DNA of 64,000 nucleotides, taken from IMG/VR virus record IMGVR_UViG_3300025168_009799, positions 1 to 64,000 of that record; one strand, written 5' to 3'. The DNA is from a virus. This document shows positions 17,042 to 27,800 of the stretch, in pieces. A model generated the notes under the pieces. That model did no database searches, was not told where the DNA came from, and saw only the letters and a program-made list of their open reading frames with translations. The translations under genes and the position numbers were made by a program. Numbering within the stretch: the stretch's first letter is position 1; the number at the start of each line of letters is the position of its first letter.

Positions 17042-18460
17042 ATGCAAGTATTAAAAACGTTTTATAACGATCAGCAAATGACAGACTCGAACAGTCTGGC
17101 AAATGCGTTGATGGAAAAGCCAACTGAGCTTTCCCCAGTTATTACGCACTTAGCAGGTAAAGAAGACAGGAGGTTTCCTTTAACTATGCTTACTGAGGGT
17201 GTTGGTAACTCAAAATCGATTGACAGATACGAATACGAGTATAGAGTGAAGACTCACGAAGTTAATATCCGTCCAGTTGTTTCGAGTACGGGATTAGGTC
17301 TTGGTGGGGCTCCTTTTAAACTTGTATTTCCTGACAAATGGTTTATTTTCCCTTACACATTAATTTCTGAACAAGGTACTCAGGCAAGAATTATGTCTGC
17401 TCCTGTACAGAATGGAAGTAATTGGGAATACACTTTACAATTAATTGATCCAGATGCTACAGCTTCTTTAGTTTCTACTGAAACAGCAGCAGGTGCTATG
17501 TGGGCTCAATTATATGCTAATGTAGGATTAGACTTCTCTAGAGGTAATGCTTCTAACTGGTCAACTCCAGGATTAGTTCGTAACAAAATTGGTACAATTA
17601 GAAAATCTTACCACTTTGCTGGTAATGCTAAAGATTATGTAGCTGAATTCTCTCTTCCAACGAAAGGAGGAAAATCTACTAAACTTTGGATGGATTACGA
17701 AGAGTATCAACATATGTTAAGATTTAAAGAAGAATGTGAATTACTTTATTGGTATGGTGAGAAAACTTACGATAACAATGGTGTAACTTCTATGAAAGAT
17801 GAGAATGGTCAGCCAGTAATTACTGGTCCTGGTATTCTTCAGCAAATCATTAATAAAGATACATATTCAACTATGACTGAAGCAAAGTTGAAAAATGTAA
17901 TCGGTGATTTATTCTATGGAATGACTGATGCTACTACAAAGCAAATTACGCTTTATACAGGTATTGGTGGTGCTAGAGAATTTGATGAAGCATTGAAAGC
18001 ACATACAGGAGGTTTTGCACAATCAAACTGGACTGTTAATGCGGACAGTAAATTCATTACTGGATCTGGTAGATCATTAGGTATGAGTGGCTACTTTACT
18101 TCTTATGACCATATTGATGGGCATGTAGTAAATGTTGTTAAAGTACCAATGTTTGACCATGGACCAGTTGCACAAGCTAGAGCTAAACACCCTGTTACTG
18201 GATACTCTATGGAGTCTTACAGAATGGTGTTTTTAGACCAATCAAATTATGATGGTCAATCTAATGTGCAAATGATTAACAAAAAAGGTCGTGAGTATTT
18301 AAGATGGGCAGTTTCAGGATCTGTTGCTCCTAAAGGATTTGATCAATCAGATTCTAGAGCGTCAGATATTGATGGTGCATCTGTACATATGCTTAAGACT
18401 GCAGGTATAGTGTTGAGACGTTTCGACACTAGTTTGGATCTAAGTTGCGTTGCAGTTTAG
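17042..18460 (+). CDS. Major capsid protein (crAss-type, HK97 fold)
   Basis: 472 aa; TDSNSLANAL, GPGILQQI, LYTGIGGAREFDEAL, G.FTSY.HIDGH.V, HPVTGYSMESYRMVFLD; followed by a terminator. Confidence 0.92.
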   Translation: MQVLKTFYNDQQMTDSNSLANALMEKPTELSPVITHLAGKEDRRFPLTMLTEGVGNSKSIDRYEYEYRVKTHEVNIRPVVSSTGLGLGGAPFKLVFPDKWFIFPYTLISEQGTQARIMSAPVQNGSNWEYTLQLIDPDATASLVSTETAAGAMWAQLYANVGLDFSRGNASNWSTPGLVRNKIGTIRKSYHFAGNAKDYVAEFSLPTKGGKSTKLWMDYEEYQHMLRFKEECELLYWYGEKTYDNNGVTSMKDENGQPVITGPGILQQIINKDTYSTMTEAKLKNVIGDLFYGMTDATTKQITLYTGIGGAREFDEALKAHTGGFAQSNWTVNADSKFITGSGRSLGMSGYFTSYDHIDGHVVNVVKVPMFDHGPVAQARAKHPVTGYSMESYRMVFLDQSNYDGQSNVQMINKKGREYLRWAVSGSVAPKGFDQSDSRASDIDGASVHMLKTAGIVLRRFDTSLDLSCVAV

Positions 18461-18479
18461 TCTATTATTTAGTTTCCTT

Positions 18480-18523
18480 GGTATTGGGGTTGGAGCTTTG
18501 GCTCCGCCCCTAAATACCTTTTT
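18480..18523 (+). terminator. Rho-independent terminator after the major capsid gene
   Basis: GGTATT-GGGGTTGGAGC-TTTG-GCTCCGCCCC-TA-AATACC followed by TTTTT. Confidence 0.8.
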
Positions 18524-18580
18524 ACACCCGGGGAGTTATTCTTTACACCCACCTAATTTAAACTTTAAAAGAACGATATT

Positions 18581-19390
18581 ATGAAAAAAACAATAACATT
18601 AAGAAGAAAAGAACTTATGAATCATTTACCTAAAGAAGTAAGAGTAACAGCTAAATCTCGTTTAGGTAGTGTATACGTAGGTAGACAACCTTTAAAAGGT
18701 GTCAAAGGTGATGCAGAAAAAGCATTACTTAATGGAGTATTAGATGTTGAACCAACACATAGTGATTGGCCAAAACATTCTAAAAAATTCTGGTCAGAGA
18801 TGAATATTAACGTACCCTTTGAAGGGGTTATATTAGATGTGTCGTTAGATGCAGATAATAACCCTGTACAATTAGATGATTATATTAAGTATACATTTAT
18901 TAAAAATCATCCACACGTAGCTAAGAGTAAAGAAGAAATGACTGCGGCACAGCGTTTTTATATTTTTGATCAAAATAGAGAAACCCTTAAAAAACATTTA
19001 AGTATCCAAAAAAGAAAGGATGCGGATAAAGAATTTATTAAGGTTACATCGGATGTATCTAAGTTGAGGAATGTATTAAGAGTACTTAGTCCTAATGATG
19101 GTGCTAATCCAGATAAATTAAACAACATACAAGCAGAGAATGCTTTATATGAATTGAAAGAAAAAGATCCTGTTAAATTTATTAAAGTAGCAACGGATAA
19201 AAATCTAAATGTAAGAGCAGAAATTGAAGAATTAATATCTGCAGAAGTACTTAGAAAAATTGGAAATCAAATTATATATATAGATGATGTCATTGGTGAA
19301 GATATGGCTGACGCTATAGTATATTTGAAAAATAAAAAGAACTCTGGTGTATTAACTACATTAAGAGCTAAACTTAAAGAATTAGTATAA
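18581..19390 (+). CDS. Conserved crAss-like protein following the major capsid gene
   Basis: 269 aa; FIKNHPHVA, C-terminal IGEDMADAIVYLKNKKN; gene order. Confidence 0.75.
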   Translation: MKKTITLRRKELMNHLPKEVRVTAKSRLGSVYVGRQPLKGVKGDAEKALLNGVLDVEPTHSDWPKHSKKFWSEMNINVPFEGVILDVSLDADNNPVQLDDYIKYTFIKNHPHVAKSKEEMTAAQRFYIFDQNRETLKKHLSIQKRKDADKEFIKVTSDVSKLRNVLRVLSPNDGANPDKLNNIQAENALYELKEKDPVKFIKVATDKNLNVRAEIEELISAEVLRKIGNQIIYIDDVIGEDMADAIVYLKNKKNSGVLTTLRAKLKELV

Positions 19391-19391
19391 T

Positions 19392-20300
19392 ATGACAATT
19401 GCAGAAATGCATACAGCAATTAACTTGGGGGTGCAAAAAATTGCATCTTTCCAAGTTGATTTATTTTTATCTACTGAGATAGATCTAGAAATTAATAAAA
19501 ATATTGATAGATTTACTAAGCAGAGGTATAATTCATTGGGTAATAAATATACTCAAGGGTTTGAAGAATCTCAAAAAAGAATAGATGATTTACGAACTTT
19601 AATTATAGAAGAATCAGTAAGCACTACCTTTAAGGGACAAATCGATGATAATATATACATTGATTCAGCAGCTATTCCTGTAGGAACTGAAGCTGCTAAA
19701 AAATATATGTTTTTATTAAATGTAAGAGCCTTAGTGTCATATAAGAATTGTCAAACTATTGATTATGCAATTGAACATGAACCAGCTTTTTGTGTGTGTT
19801 CAGACCCACAATTTTCAACAGAATTCGATTGTGTAGATAATGCAGAAACTTGGAATTGTGCTTATGTTAGTTTAGGTAACAGAATTGTAGGAAATTATCA
19901 AGTAGATGCTAATGGAAGTTTTGTTACAGATGCTAACGGAGAGTTAATTCTATTAGCTGATATACACAAGAACACAAGTTCACAATGTAAATTTGTTCAA
20001 TTAGACGATGTCTATGCATTACTAGACGATCCATTTAATAAAACAACATATAATAAACCACTTTATACAGTGGTCGACGAGAATTTAGACTTTTATACGG
20101 ATGACACATTTTTAATAAGTAAAGTTAAAATGACTTATTTGGCTCATCCTACAGAAGTTAGCTTAGCGAATAGCACGGCTTGCGACCTGCCTTTTCATAC
20201 TCATCAAGAAATTGTAGATATGACGGTAAATAGCATCCTCGAGGGGATTTCAGATCCTCGGTACCAAACTAGTCAAATTGAGGTACACAAATCTGAATAA
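19392..20300 (+). CDS. Ring / head-tail adaptor protein
   Basis: MTIAEMH, GFEESQKRIDDLRTL, CDLPFHTHQEIVDMTV; gene order. Confidence 0.75.
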   Translation: MTIAEMHTAINLGVQKIASFQVDLFLSTEIDLEINKNIDRFTKQRYNSLGNKYTQGFEESQKRIDDLRTLIIEESVSTTFKGQIDDNIYIDSAAIPVGTEAAKKYMFLLNVRALVSYKNCQTIDYAIEHEPAFCVCSDPQFSTEFDCVDNAETWNCAYVSLGNRIVGNYQVDANGSFVTDANGELILLADIHKNTSSQCKFVQLDDVYALLDDPFNKTTYNKPLYTVVDENLDFYTDDTFLISKVKMTYLAHPTEVSLANSTACDLPFHTHQEIVDMTVNSILEGISDPRYQTSQIEVHKSE

Positions 20301-20326
20301 ATTATTAATTGATAAAAAATAAAATT

Positions 20327-21259
20327 ATGTCAAAATTAACATTCATTTCAAACACAGAAGCTCATATTGCATCAGGTGCTATTACGGCAGCAGCGGCAGG
20401 AACAACTGGGATTTGGGATCTAGGTGCATCAGACTGGCAAGGTGCAGCAGCTTTATTAGCAACAGATACGGTACAAGTAGTACAAGGAAGAGGAGCAGCC
20501 GCTTATCCAATTTTTAGTCAGATATTTACATTGTCAGGTGTAGTTGCTACATACACACCTTACGTTAGAGCGGTAAAACAAATTAACACTGTCACAGTAG
20601 TAGCTGTTGGTGGAGCAGGAACTATTCACTCTTTTAAATTAGTTAGACGTGCTACAGATATTGGGTACGACAAAGTGGTTAATGGAGGGTCTAGCGATTT
20701 TTCTTATATCGATAAAATTGTAACTGTTGAGTACGTAGAAGTAACTGGTGATACTATTGCTACAGTATGTGATGCTTTAGAGGTAGCTGCAAACAAACTA
20801 GGAGCTGCTTATGGGTTTAGTGCTACTTCAACTGCTACAACTGTTATAATTACAGCTGCAGAATTTGGTCACGACTTTGATTGCGTAAACTTTGCAGGAA
20901 CTACAGCTAATACATTAGCAGTTACTGCTAGAGTAGAAGGATCAGGTAATTATCACCAAGTTCTTGCTGCAGAGAAAGAAACTCAAGCTATGCATGGATA
21001 TCACGGAAGAGCAGGATCATTCCTAAATACTCCAGACACTTACACGAGCGCTGCTATTGCACCAGTTGCAACTTCAGCTACACTTGGGTATGATGCTATA
21101 ACTTTAGTAATTCCAAATAGTACTTCTGGAAATGCTGCTGGCGATGCTAGCGCTTCTACATCGTTAACGATTTACTTTGATGGTGTAAATGCAAACATGG
21201 ACAACTTTAAAGATATGTTTGGTCTTACAGCTGGAACAGCTAAAACAATCATATACTAG
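20327..21259 (+). CDS. Virion structural protein (auxiliary capsid-like)
   Basis: Ala/Thr-rich; ATG at 20327 preferred to the TTG at 20309; followed by a terminator. Confidence 0.7.
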   Translation: MSKLTFISNTEAHIASGAITAAAAGTTGIWDLGASDWQGAAALLATDTVQVVQGRGAAAYPIFSQIFTLSGVVATYTPYVRAVKQINTVTVVAVGGAGTIHSFKLVRRATDIGYDKVVNGGSSDFSYIDKIVTVEYVEVTGDTIATVCDALEVAANKLGAAYGFSATSTATTVIITAAEFGHDFDCVNFAGTTANTLAVTARVEGSGNYHQVLAAEKETQAMHGYHGRAGSFLNTPDTYTSAAIAPVATSATLGYDAITLVIPNSTSGNAAGDASASTSLTIYFDGVNANMDNFKDMFGLTAGTAKTIIY

Positions 21260-21273
21260 ATTAACATTGAAAG

Positions 21274-21303
21274 AAGGGGGTGTAAAATCCCCCTACTTTT
21301 TTT
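21274..21303 (+). terminator. Rho-independent terminator
   Basis: AGGGGG-TGTAAAA-TCCCCT hairpin then ACTTTTTTT. Confidence 0.75.
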
Positions 21304-21325
21304 AACTTTTAAAAAAATATAAAAA

Positions 21326-21880
21326 ATGGCGTTAGAACTTTCTTTATCATCAGATTGTAAAACCCTTACTATAAGCGGAGGGACTGCAAACTCAGATGTA
21401 GAATTACATATAAATAATATATTATGTCCAATGATAGTTCCTCCAGGAACTATTAATCCTGTAACGGGATTAGTCAATTCTTCAGGAGTAAATGAAGATA
21501 TTGAGATATTGGATGCAACGGGGGGATTAATATTAACTAATATTAATATACCTTGTTCGTCTACAGAACAACTGAATGGAGTAATTAAAGTATTAGTTTC
21601 AGAACCTACTGGTAATGAAACACTAGGCGTTATAGGATTATGCGCTTTAGAATGTTGCTTATCAAAAAAAGTAAAAGAACTTTTAGAGTGTAAATGTAAA
21701 GATTGTATTGAATGTACATCATTATTAAATGATGTTACTTTAATATATTTATTTATGCAAGGAATGCAAGTAAATATTGCTGGCTGTGTACAAACAACAG
21801 CTTTATATACTAAAACCGCAGATGAATACGCTAAAGCTATTGAACTTTGTGGATTAGAAAATTGTAATTGTAATTGTTAA
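21326..21880 (+). CDS. Cys-rich structural protein
   Basis: 184 aa; CALECC...CKCKDCIEC...CGLENCNCNC. Confidence 0.7.
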   Translation: MALELSLSSDCKTLTISGGTANSDVELHINNILCPMIVPPGTINPVTGLVNSSGVNEDIEILDATGGLILTNINIPCSSTEQLNGVIKVLVSEPTGNETLGVIGLCALECCLSKKVKELLECKCKDCIECTSLLNDVTLIYLFMQGMQVNIAGCVQTTALYTKTADEYAKAIELCGLENCNCNC

Positions 21881-21890
21881 TATTTAATAT

Positions 21891-24800
21891 ATGCCAACAA
21901 CTCAACCAAATGGAGGTATAAGCGCTGCTTCTAAACAACATACACCAGAACAGACTGGATATAGTTATACAATTAACTTAGTAAACTGTGTATCAGGGAG
22001 GGGATCTGGACCCAATGCAGGCTCTTATAGAATTTTTAACACTAGTTGTGATTTTTTTGAAAGTTATTATGACGCTGCTAATACTATGAATGATCCTAGT
22101 TTAATTGGCGATGGAGATGTAAGACCTCAATTTGTTGTTATTTCAATATATAATGATGATAAGAATAGTTGGCTTGAAGGTCAATTAAACTCGGGAAATC
22201 TTAGATTTAAATTAAAAACTCAGGGTTCAAATCATCCGTTTAATGTTAATAATATGACCCTCGCATATTCAGAAATAGCTGATGGTATATGTTTACCTAT
22301 TACTAATAGTTACTTTCAGACGGCAGCATCTAATCCATATAATGATAAGATGTTTGTTGATAATGTAAATTCTACAAATCGTAGTGCAGATGATTTGCTA
22401 GCTACTCAAATGCATCCAGGACAAAAATCCAGTTGGAATAGTACTAATAGAACATGGGCAAAGAGACGAACCTTTGTTTCTAAAACTCCTGCACTTGGGG
22501 CAGTAGTGGATCCTACAAATGGGACTGGGACCGGGATTGAAGAAGTAAGATATTTACAACTTAAACTTCAATACTACGATGCCTTCCTTACACAGTGGTC
22601 AGACTTAGGTCCTTACCAAGAGCATGCAGTTCTTATTAATAATTTTGTTAATAGTACTAAACAACTGGCGTTAGGAGGCGATAATTATGACTCTCCAATT
22701 GAGCGAGGAGCTTATCTAGCAAAACATATAGATTCTAATCAAGGATGGTTGCCTGGTGGTAATAATGGTACTTGGGGAGAAACTTTATTTAATAATATAT
22801 CAAATTTTGAAAATGTACAAGTCTTTGCTTATAATGGTGTAAAGAGTGAAAGTAGTCCTGGCTCATCGGCGCATATAGATGAGATTAGACAGCATACGAT
22901 GGAGGGATGGAATGCTGGTTATGGCACAAGCTGTTTACAATGGGGTATAGGCGGTAGTGCAATTGGAGGATATTTAGACAAAATGCATGGCTCGCAAGGA
23001 CAAGCTAGTAATTCAATATATACGGTAACTTCAGGTGATGTATCGGTGGCTTCTAGTATGTTTTCTGCTGAAGGTATTTATAACCAATTTGGTAGTTGTA
23101 CACAAGGAACAAATTTTAAAAGTAATGAAACTGGAACTAATAAACACAATCTTATATCGCTTGATGATTTTTATATGTGTACAGAGCTTATACTAAATGT
23201 AATAGATGATACTCAGTTTGGTGGAGGAGTAGGAGCAGGAAATACTCAGTTTGGTAGTAATCCAATAATTTATAATTCGCCTAAGTGTCCACATCAAAAT
23301 CAGTGGTCTCAATATGTAGATTTAGCTATAATACCTGCACCAACAAATAATTTTGCTGCCCCAAAATCAGAGCTTTGGTTTATGACAAAAGTTGGTAATC
23401 CAGGGGGCTGGGATAAAATGTTTATTTATAATAATGGTAGCGCAACTCCAGCTCTGAGTATGGCAGGTAATGCCTATTTTTATAACGGAAATTTAATGCA
23501 TGTAGGTACCAATTCAAATTGGGAATTTGTAGAACCAAGAGCTTTATGTGTTCAGCAGATAAAAAACCACAAATCACTTTATGGAGTTGATATAACTCAA
23601 TGGCAGCTTAATGGAACACATGCAACTTGTAATAGTGATGGTACATTAAAAGTAGAAATAGTTTATAATTATGATCCGAACTGGGCAGCTTTAGGACCTA
23701 CTACTTGGTCGATTCCTATTGAGTGTGAAATCTGGGATGTCACTAACGCTACGTGGTATACATCAATATTTATAACATTAACAGAGGGTCAAGGCGGTGG
23801 ACCACAAAGTGCAACTATAACTGGAGTACCTCCAGGAACATATACTTTTGGTGGTGCAAGCGCTGGTCCTGTAACATCTACTGAATATTTTAATGAGACT
23901 GGAGATGTGTTTGACGGAGAAGGTCAAATACAAGCTATTCTTACTCCTTCTACTTACTCATTTACAGTAAATAGTGGAGCTACAACTTTTACACCTTCAA
24001 TAACATCTACGAATGTTACATGTAATGGCGGTCAGGATGGAACAATTACAGTAAATACTAATGGTGCAGGATTTACTAATCCTGTAACAGTAACATGTAC
24101 TCCGGGATCTCTTGGAGTTGGGTCTACTGTAATAGGACCGTCGAATGGATTTAATTTCTTATTTACTGGACTAAATGCTGGAACTCATGCATTATCTTTT
24201 CTTGATGGTGCTGGCTGTACACATACAGATAGTATAACTATAACACAACCTTCATCTTTATGGAGTGTTACAGATGCAGCTACTGCTCCTACAACATGTA
24301 TAGAATTAAATGGATCAATAACACTTACTCCTAGTAATGGTACAGCTCCTTATTCGGTTACTTGGACTGATCCTCTTGGAGTTGTATATGGGCCTACTTC
24401 TTCTCTTACAAAAACGTTTCCATGTAGAGATGGATTATGGACATATACTATAACTGATAGTGGTGGATGCCCAGGTATAACTCAAACTGTTACGGTTCCT
24501 GCAGCAGCTACTTCAGGAATAGGAAATGTACTTAGTTGGACAGATCCTACTTCAGTTGGAGGAACAGATGGAACTCTAGATATATTTACTGCTGGTCAGA
24601 ATCAGGTTATATGTAATATTGGTACAAATAACCCAAGTGTTACTTGGACTACAACATCTGCAGCAGGTAATCAAGGAGCAAGTGATACTAGTTGTAATCC
24701 GTGGAGTCCAACAAATACACTATTACAGTATACTGGATTAGCGGCAGGTACAATAACAGTCACTTCTTGTTTTAATGGGTGTTGTGAGACAAGAGATATA

Positions 24801-27800
24801 GATATAGTAAACCCTATAGCTTTAACATGCACCGCTACTGCATCTATAATTGCTTGTGGTACTACCACAGGTACAGTAACAGCAGATACTCCTACAGGAG
24901 GATCTACTGTTAATTTTGATCATTATGAATATTATTTGTGCACAAATTCAGCTATGACAACTGGGTGTATTGGACCTCAAGTAAGTAATGTGTTTAGCGG
25001 ATTAGCTGCTGGTACGTATTATTTAACTGTTACAGATTGGTTTGGACCTGGTGGAACTATTATAGGACAAACGTCAGCTCCTGCTACTGCTACAATAACA
25101 ACTCAACAAAGTCCAGCTGCAGTATTCTCAGCGACAAATGCTTTATGTAGCACATTAGACGGTAAAATAACATTAGACAGTGTAGGTGCAGGAACACCTC
25201 CATATCAATATTATACTACACCTGCTAGTACAGGATTTCAAAGTGGTCCTATACCATGGATAGTAGGAACTTTTATAAATCTACCTGTAGATTCATATAC
25301 TATTATAACAGAAGATGCAAATGGATGTATAGATACGGATGTTGTTGCTATTACAGCTCCAGCTACAATAGTTATTGGGACATTAACTCCTACAGATGCA
25401 ACTTGTGGATTAAATAATAATGGAACACTCGCATTTACTGCAGCATCAGGAGGTACAGGAACATTAACTTATAAAGTAATAAACGCTGGAGGTTCAGCTA
25501 TAGCTACCCAAACAACTACTACTACAATTACAGGATTAGCTTCAGGTACTTATACATTTGAGGTTTCAGACGCTAGTGGGTGCTCAGAGTCGATTTCATT
25601 TATTATCGGAATAACATCATTAACACTTACTACAAGTAAAAGCGATCAGTCTTGTAATCACCCTCCAAGTAATGATGGGTCTATTAATCTTACAGTTGCT
25701 GGTGGGGCTCCAACATATACATATGCTTGGACAGGTCCTAGTGGGTATACAGCGTCTACAGAAGATATTACAGGATTAGCGGTTGGAACATATAATGTAA
25801 CTGTCACGGATTCTAATGGATGTGTAGGAACAACAACTGTAGATATTTTATTAAGTAATGATACATTAGAAAATTTAACTCTAACTGAAATTCTTTCCGC
25901 ATGCCCAGGAGGATGTGCGGGAGTTGTTGTAGATGTAAATGGAGGAGACTTTCCTTTATATTTAGAAATTTCTGAAAATTCAGGAGCAACATGGACACGA
26001 GTTTCAACTGTAGCAAATACAGGGGCAGCACAGTTTAATGAGAATACTCCAGCACCATTTTTTGGAGCAGGTATAACTATCAATAGTGCAAATTATTTTA
26101 AAGAAAATACTCCAAATAGATTTTGTTTTACTAATGGTACTACATATCAATTTAGAACTCTTAGTGTAGTTAATGGATGTCCTTCATATGTTTCAAACTT
26201 TAGCCCAAGCGCTTCTAATTATATTCCTCAAACATTAACTGAAACTTTAACTCAAGCTACTTGCTGTGCTTGTAATAACTCTTCATGTAATGGAGCTATT
26301 AATGTTGTTATTACTAATGGAGTTCCAATTGCTCAAGGAGCTGGAGGTTCTCCAGGAACATTATCATTTGATTGGATACTAAAGAAAGATGGAATTGATA
26401 TAACGTCAATAGTTACTTATGCAGTTTCTTGTAATGGCGGATGTACTAATACAGAATATAATGAAATAGACTTTACAGATTTATATCCTGGGGATTATGA
26501 ATTTATATCTACAGATGATTGTGGAGAAGTTATGACAGAGACTTGGACAATGATAGATCCTAGAGTTTATATTACAAATATTGTAAGTTCAGATCAATTA
26601 TGTGCTAATGGATGTGCAGACGGAACAATAACTATAACTGCTACGGGAGGTACAAGCGGTATACTAGAATATTCTATTGATGATGGAATAACGTGGTCTT
26701 CATCTAATGTATTTACTGGTGTTGGACAGGGAGTTTGGAGAGTATGGGCTAGAGATCCTATGTGCGCAACACAAATACTATTTGATCCAACTGATAATGT
26801 GTTAACTAACGCTAATGGCTGTTATAGTGATTACATCGCTGGTATATGGCCAGCAGGAACTTCAATAAGTGTATCGTCTGTATCTGCTTTAGATTTACAA
26901 CATATTTCAACAACTCATAATTCTTTACCAGGTTCAACAGATGGAGAGATAGTAGTAAACATTACAGCAGGTACTGCTCCTTATGAAATTTCTGTAGTTA
27001 CTGCAGCAACATCTACACCTTTTGATGCTTGTACTGCTCAAACTTCCGGTGTACTTACACCAGGATTATCACAATATATAAATATAAATGGGGGACCTGT
27101 AGATGTTAGTGGTATAACTGTTTTGTCTGCGGGTGGAACTGTTACATTAGATAACTTATCTGTTGCTCAAAATTGGAATAGCGCTGCTTTAGAAGCTTGG
27201 TATAGAATAACTGTAAAAGATTCAACTGGATGTATTTCTTCTATTGAGTCAATGGTTGATAATGGAACTTTAGGAATCATAGGAATTTATTCAGCTACAG
27301 ATTGTGATTGTAATTGTCCAGAAGGATACTCTTTAATTACACCTGCACCAACTCCTCCAGCATTACCTTGTGCAGGGTTAATAGATGTAGCTCCGATAGA
27401 TCATGGACTAATGGACGCTCCGGGAAGTATACAACAATTTGGAGGTGCTAATGGATGGACAGCACAATACGGAAATCCTAACGGAGGAGTTTTATATGTT
27501 GATAGTGTATCTAATAACGCTACAACTTTTATATCTACAGCTGATACTTTTTATAAAAGTGTAGGAGCAGGAACGGCTCCATATAATATGCAATTTGCTG
27601 GAACTTCTACTGTTTTAATACCAGCACTTGATTCTAACTCAAATGTAGTACAATACGGTTCAATATTTAGCACAAGATTATTTGATATAGGAATTTGGTT
27701 AAACCAAGGCCAAACAGTTCCTGCCTTACCTATTAATGAGTGGATAGGAATACCTATAGAAATAAACTTCGCTAGTCAAGCTAAAGTAATTTTAGGAATA

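Noticed and set aside
489-18460. Introns or inteins in polA, terL or the capsid gene
   Set aside because: All are continuous and of ordinary length, with no homing-endonuclease or intein terminal motifs seen
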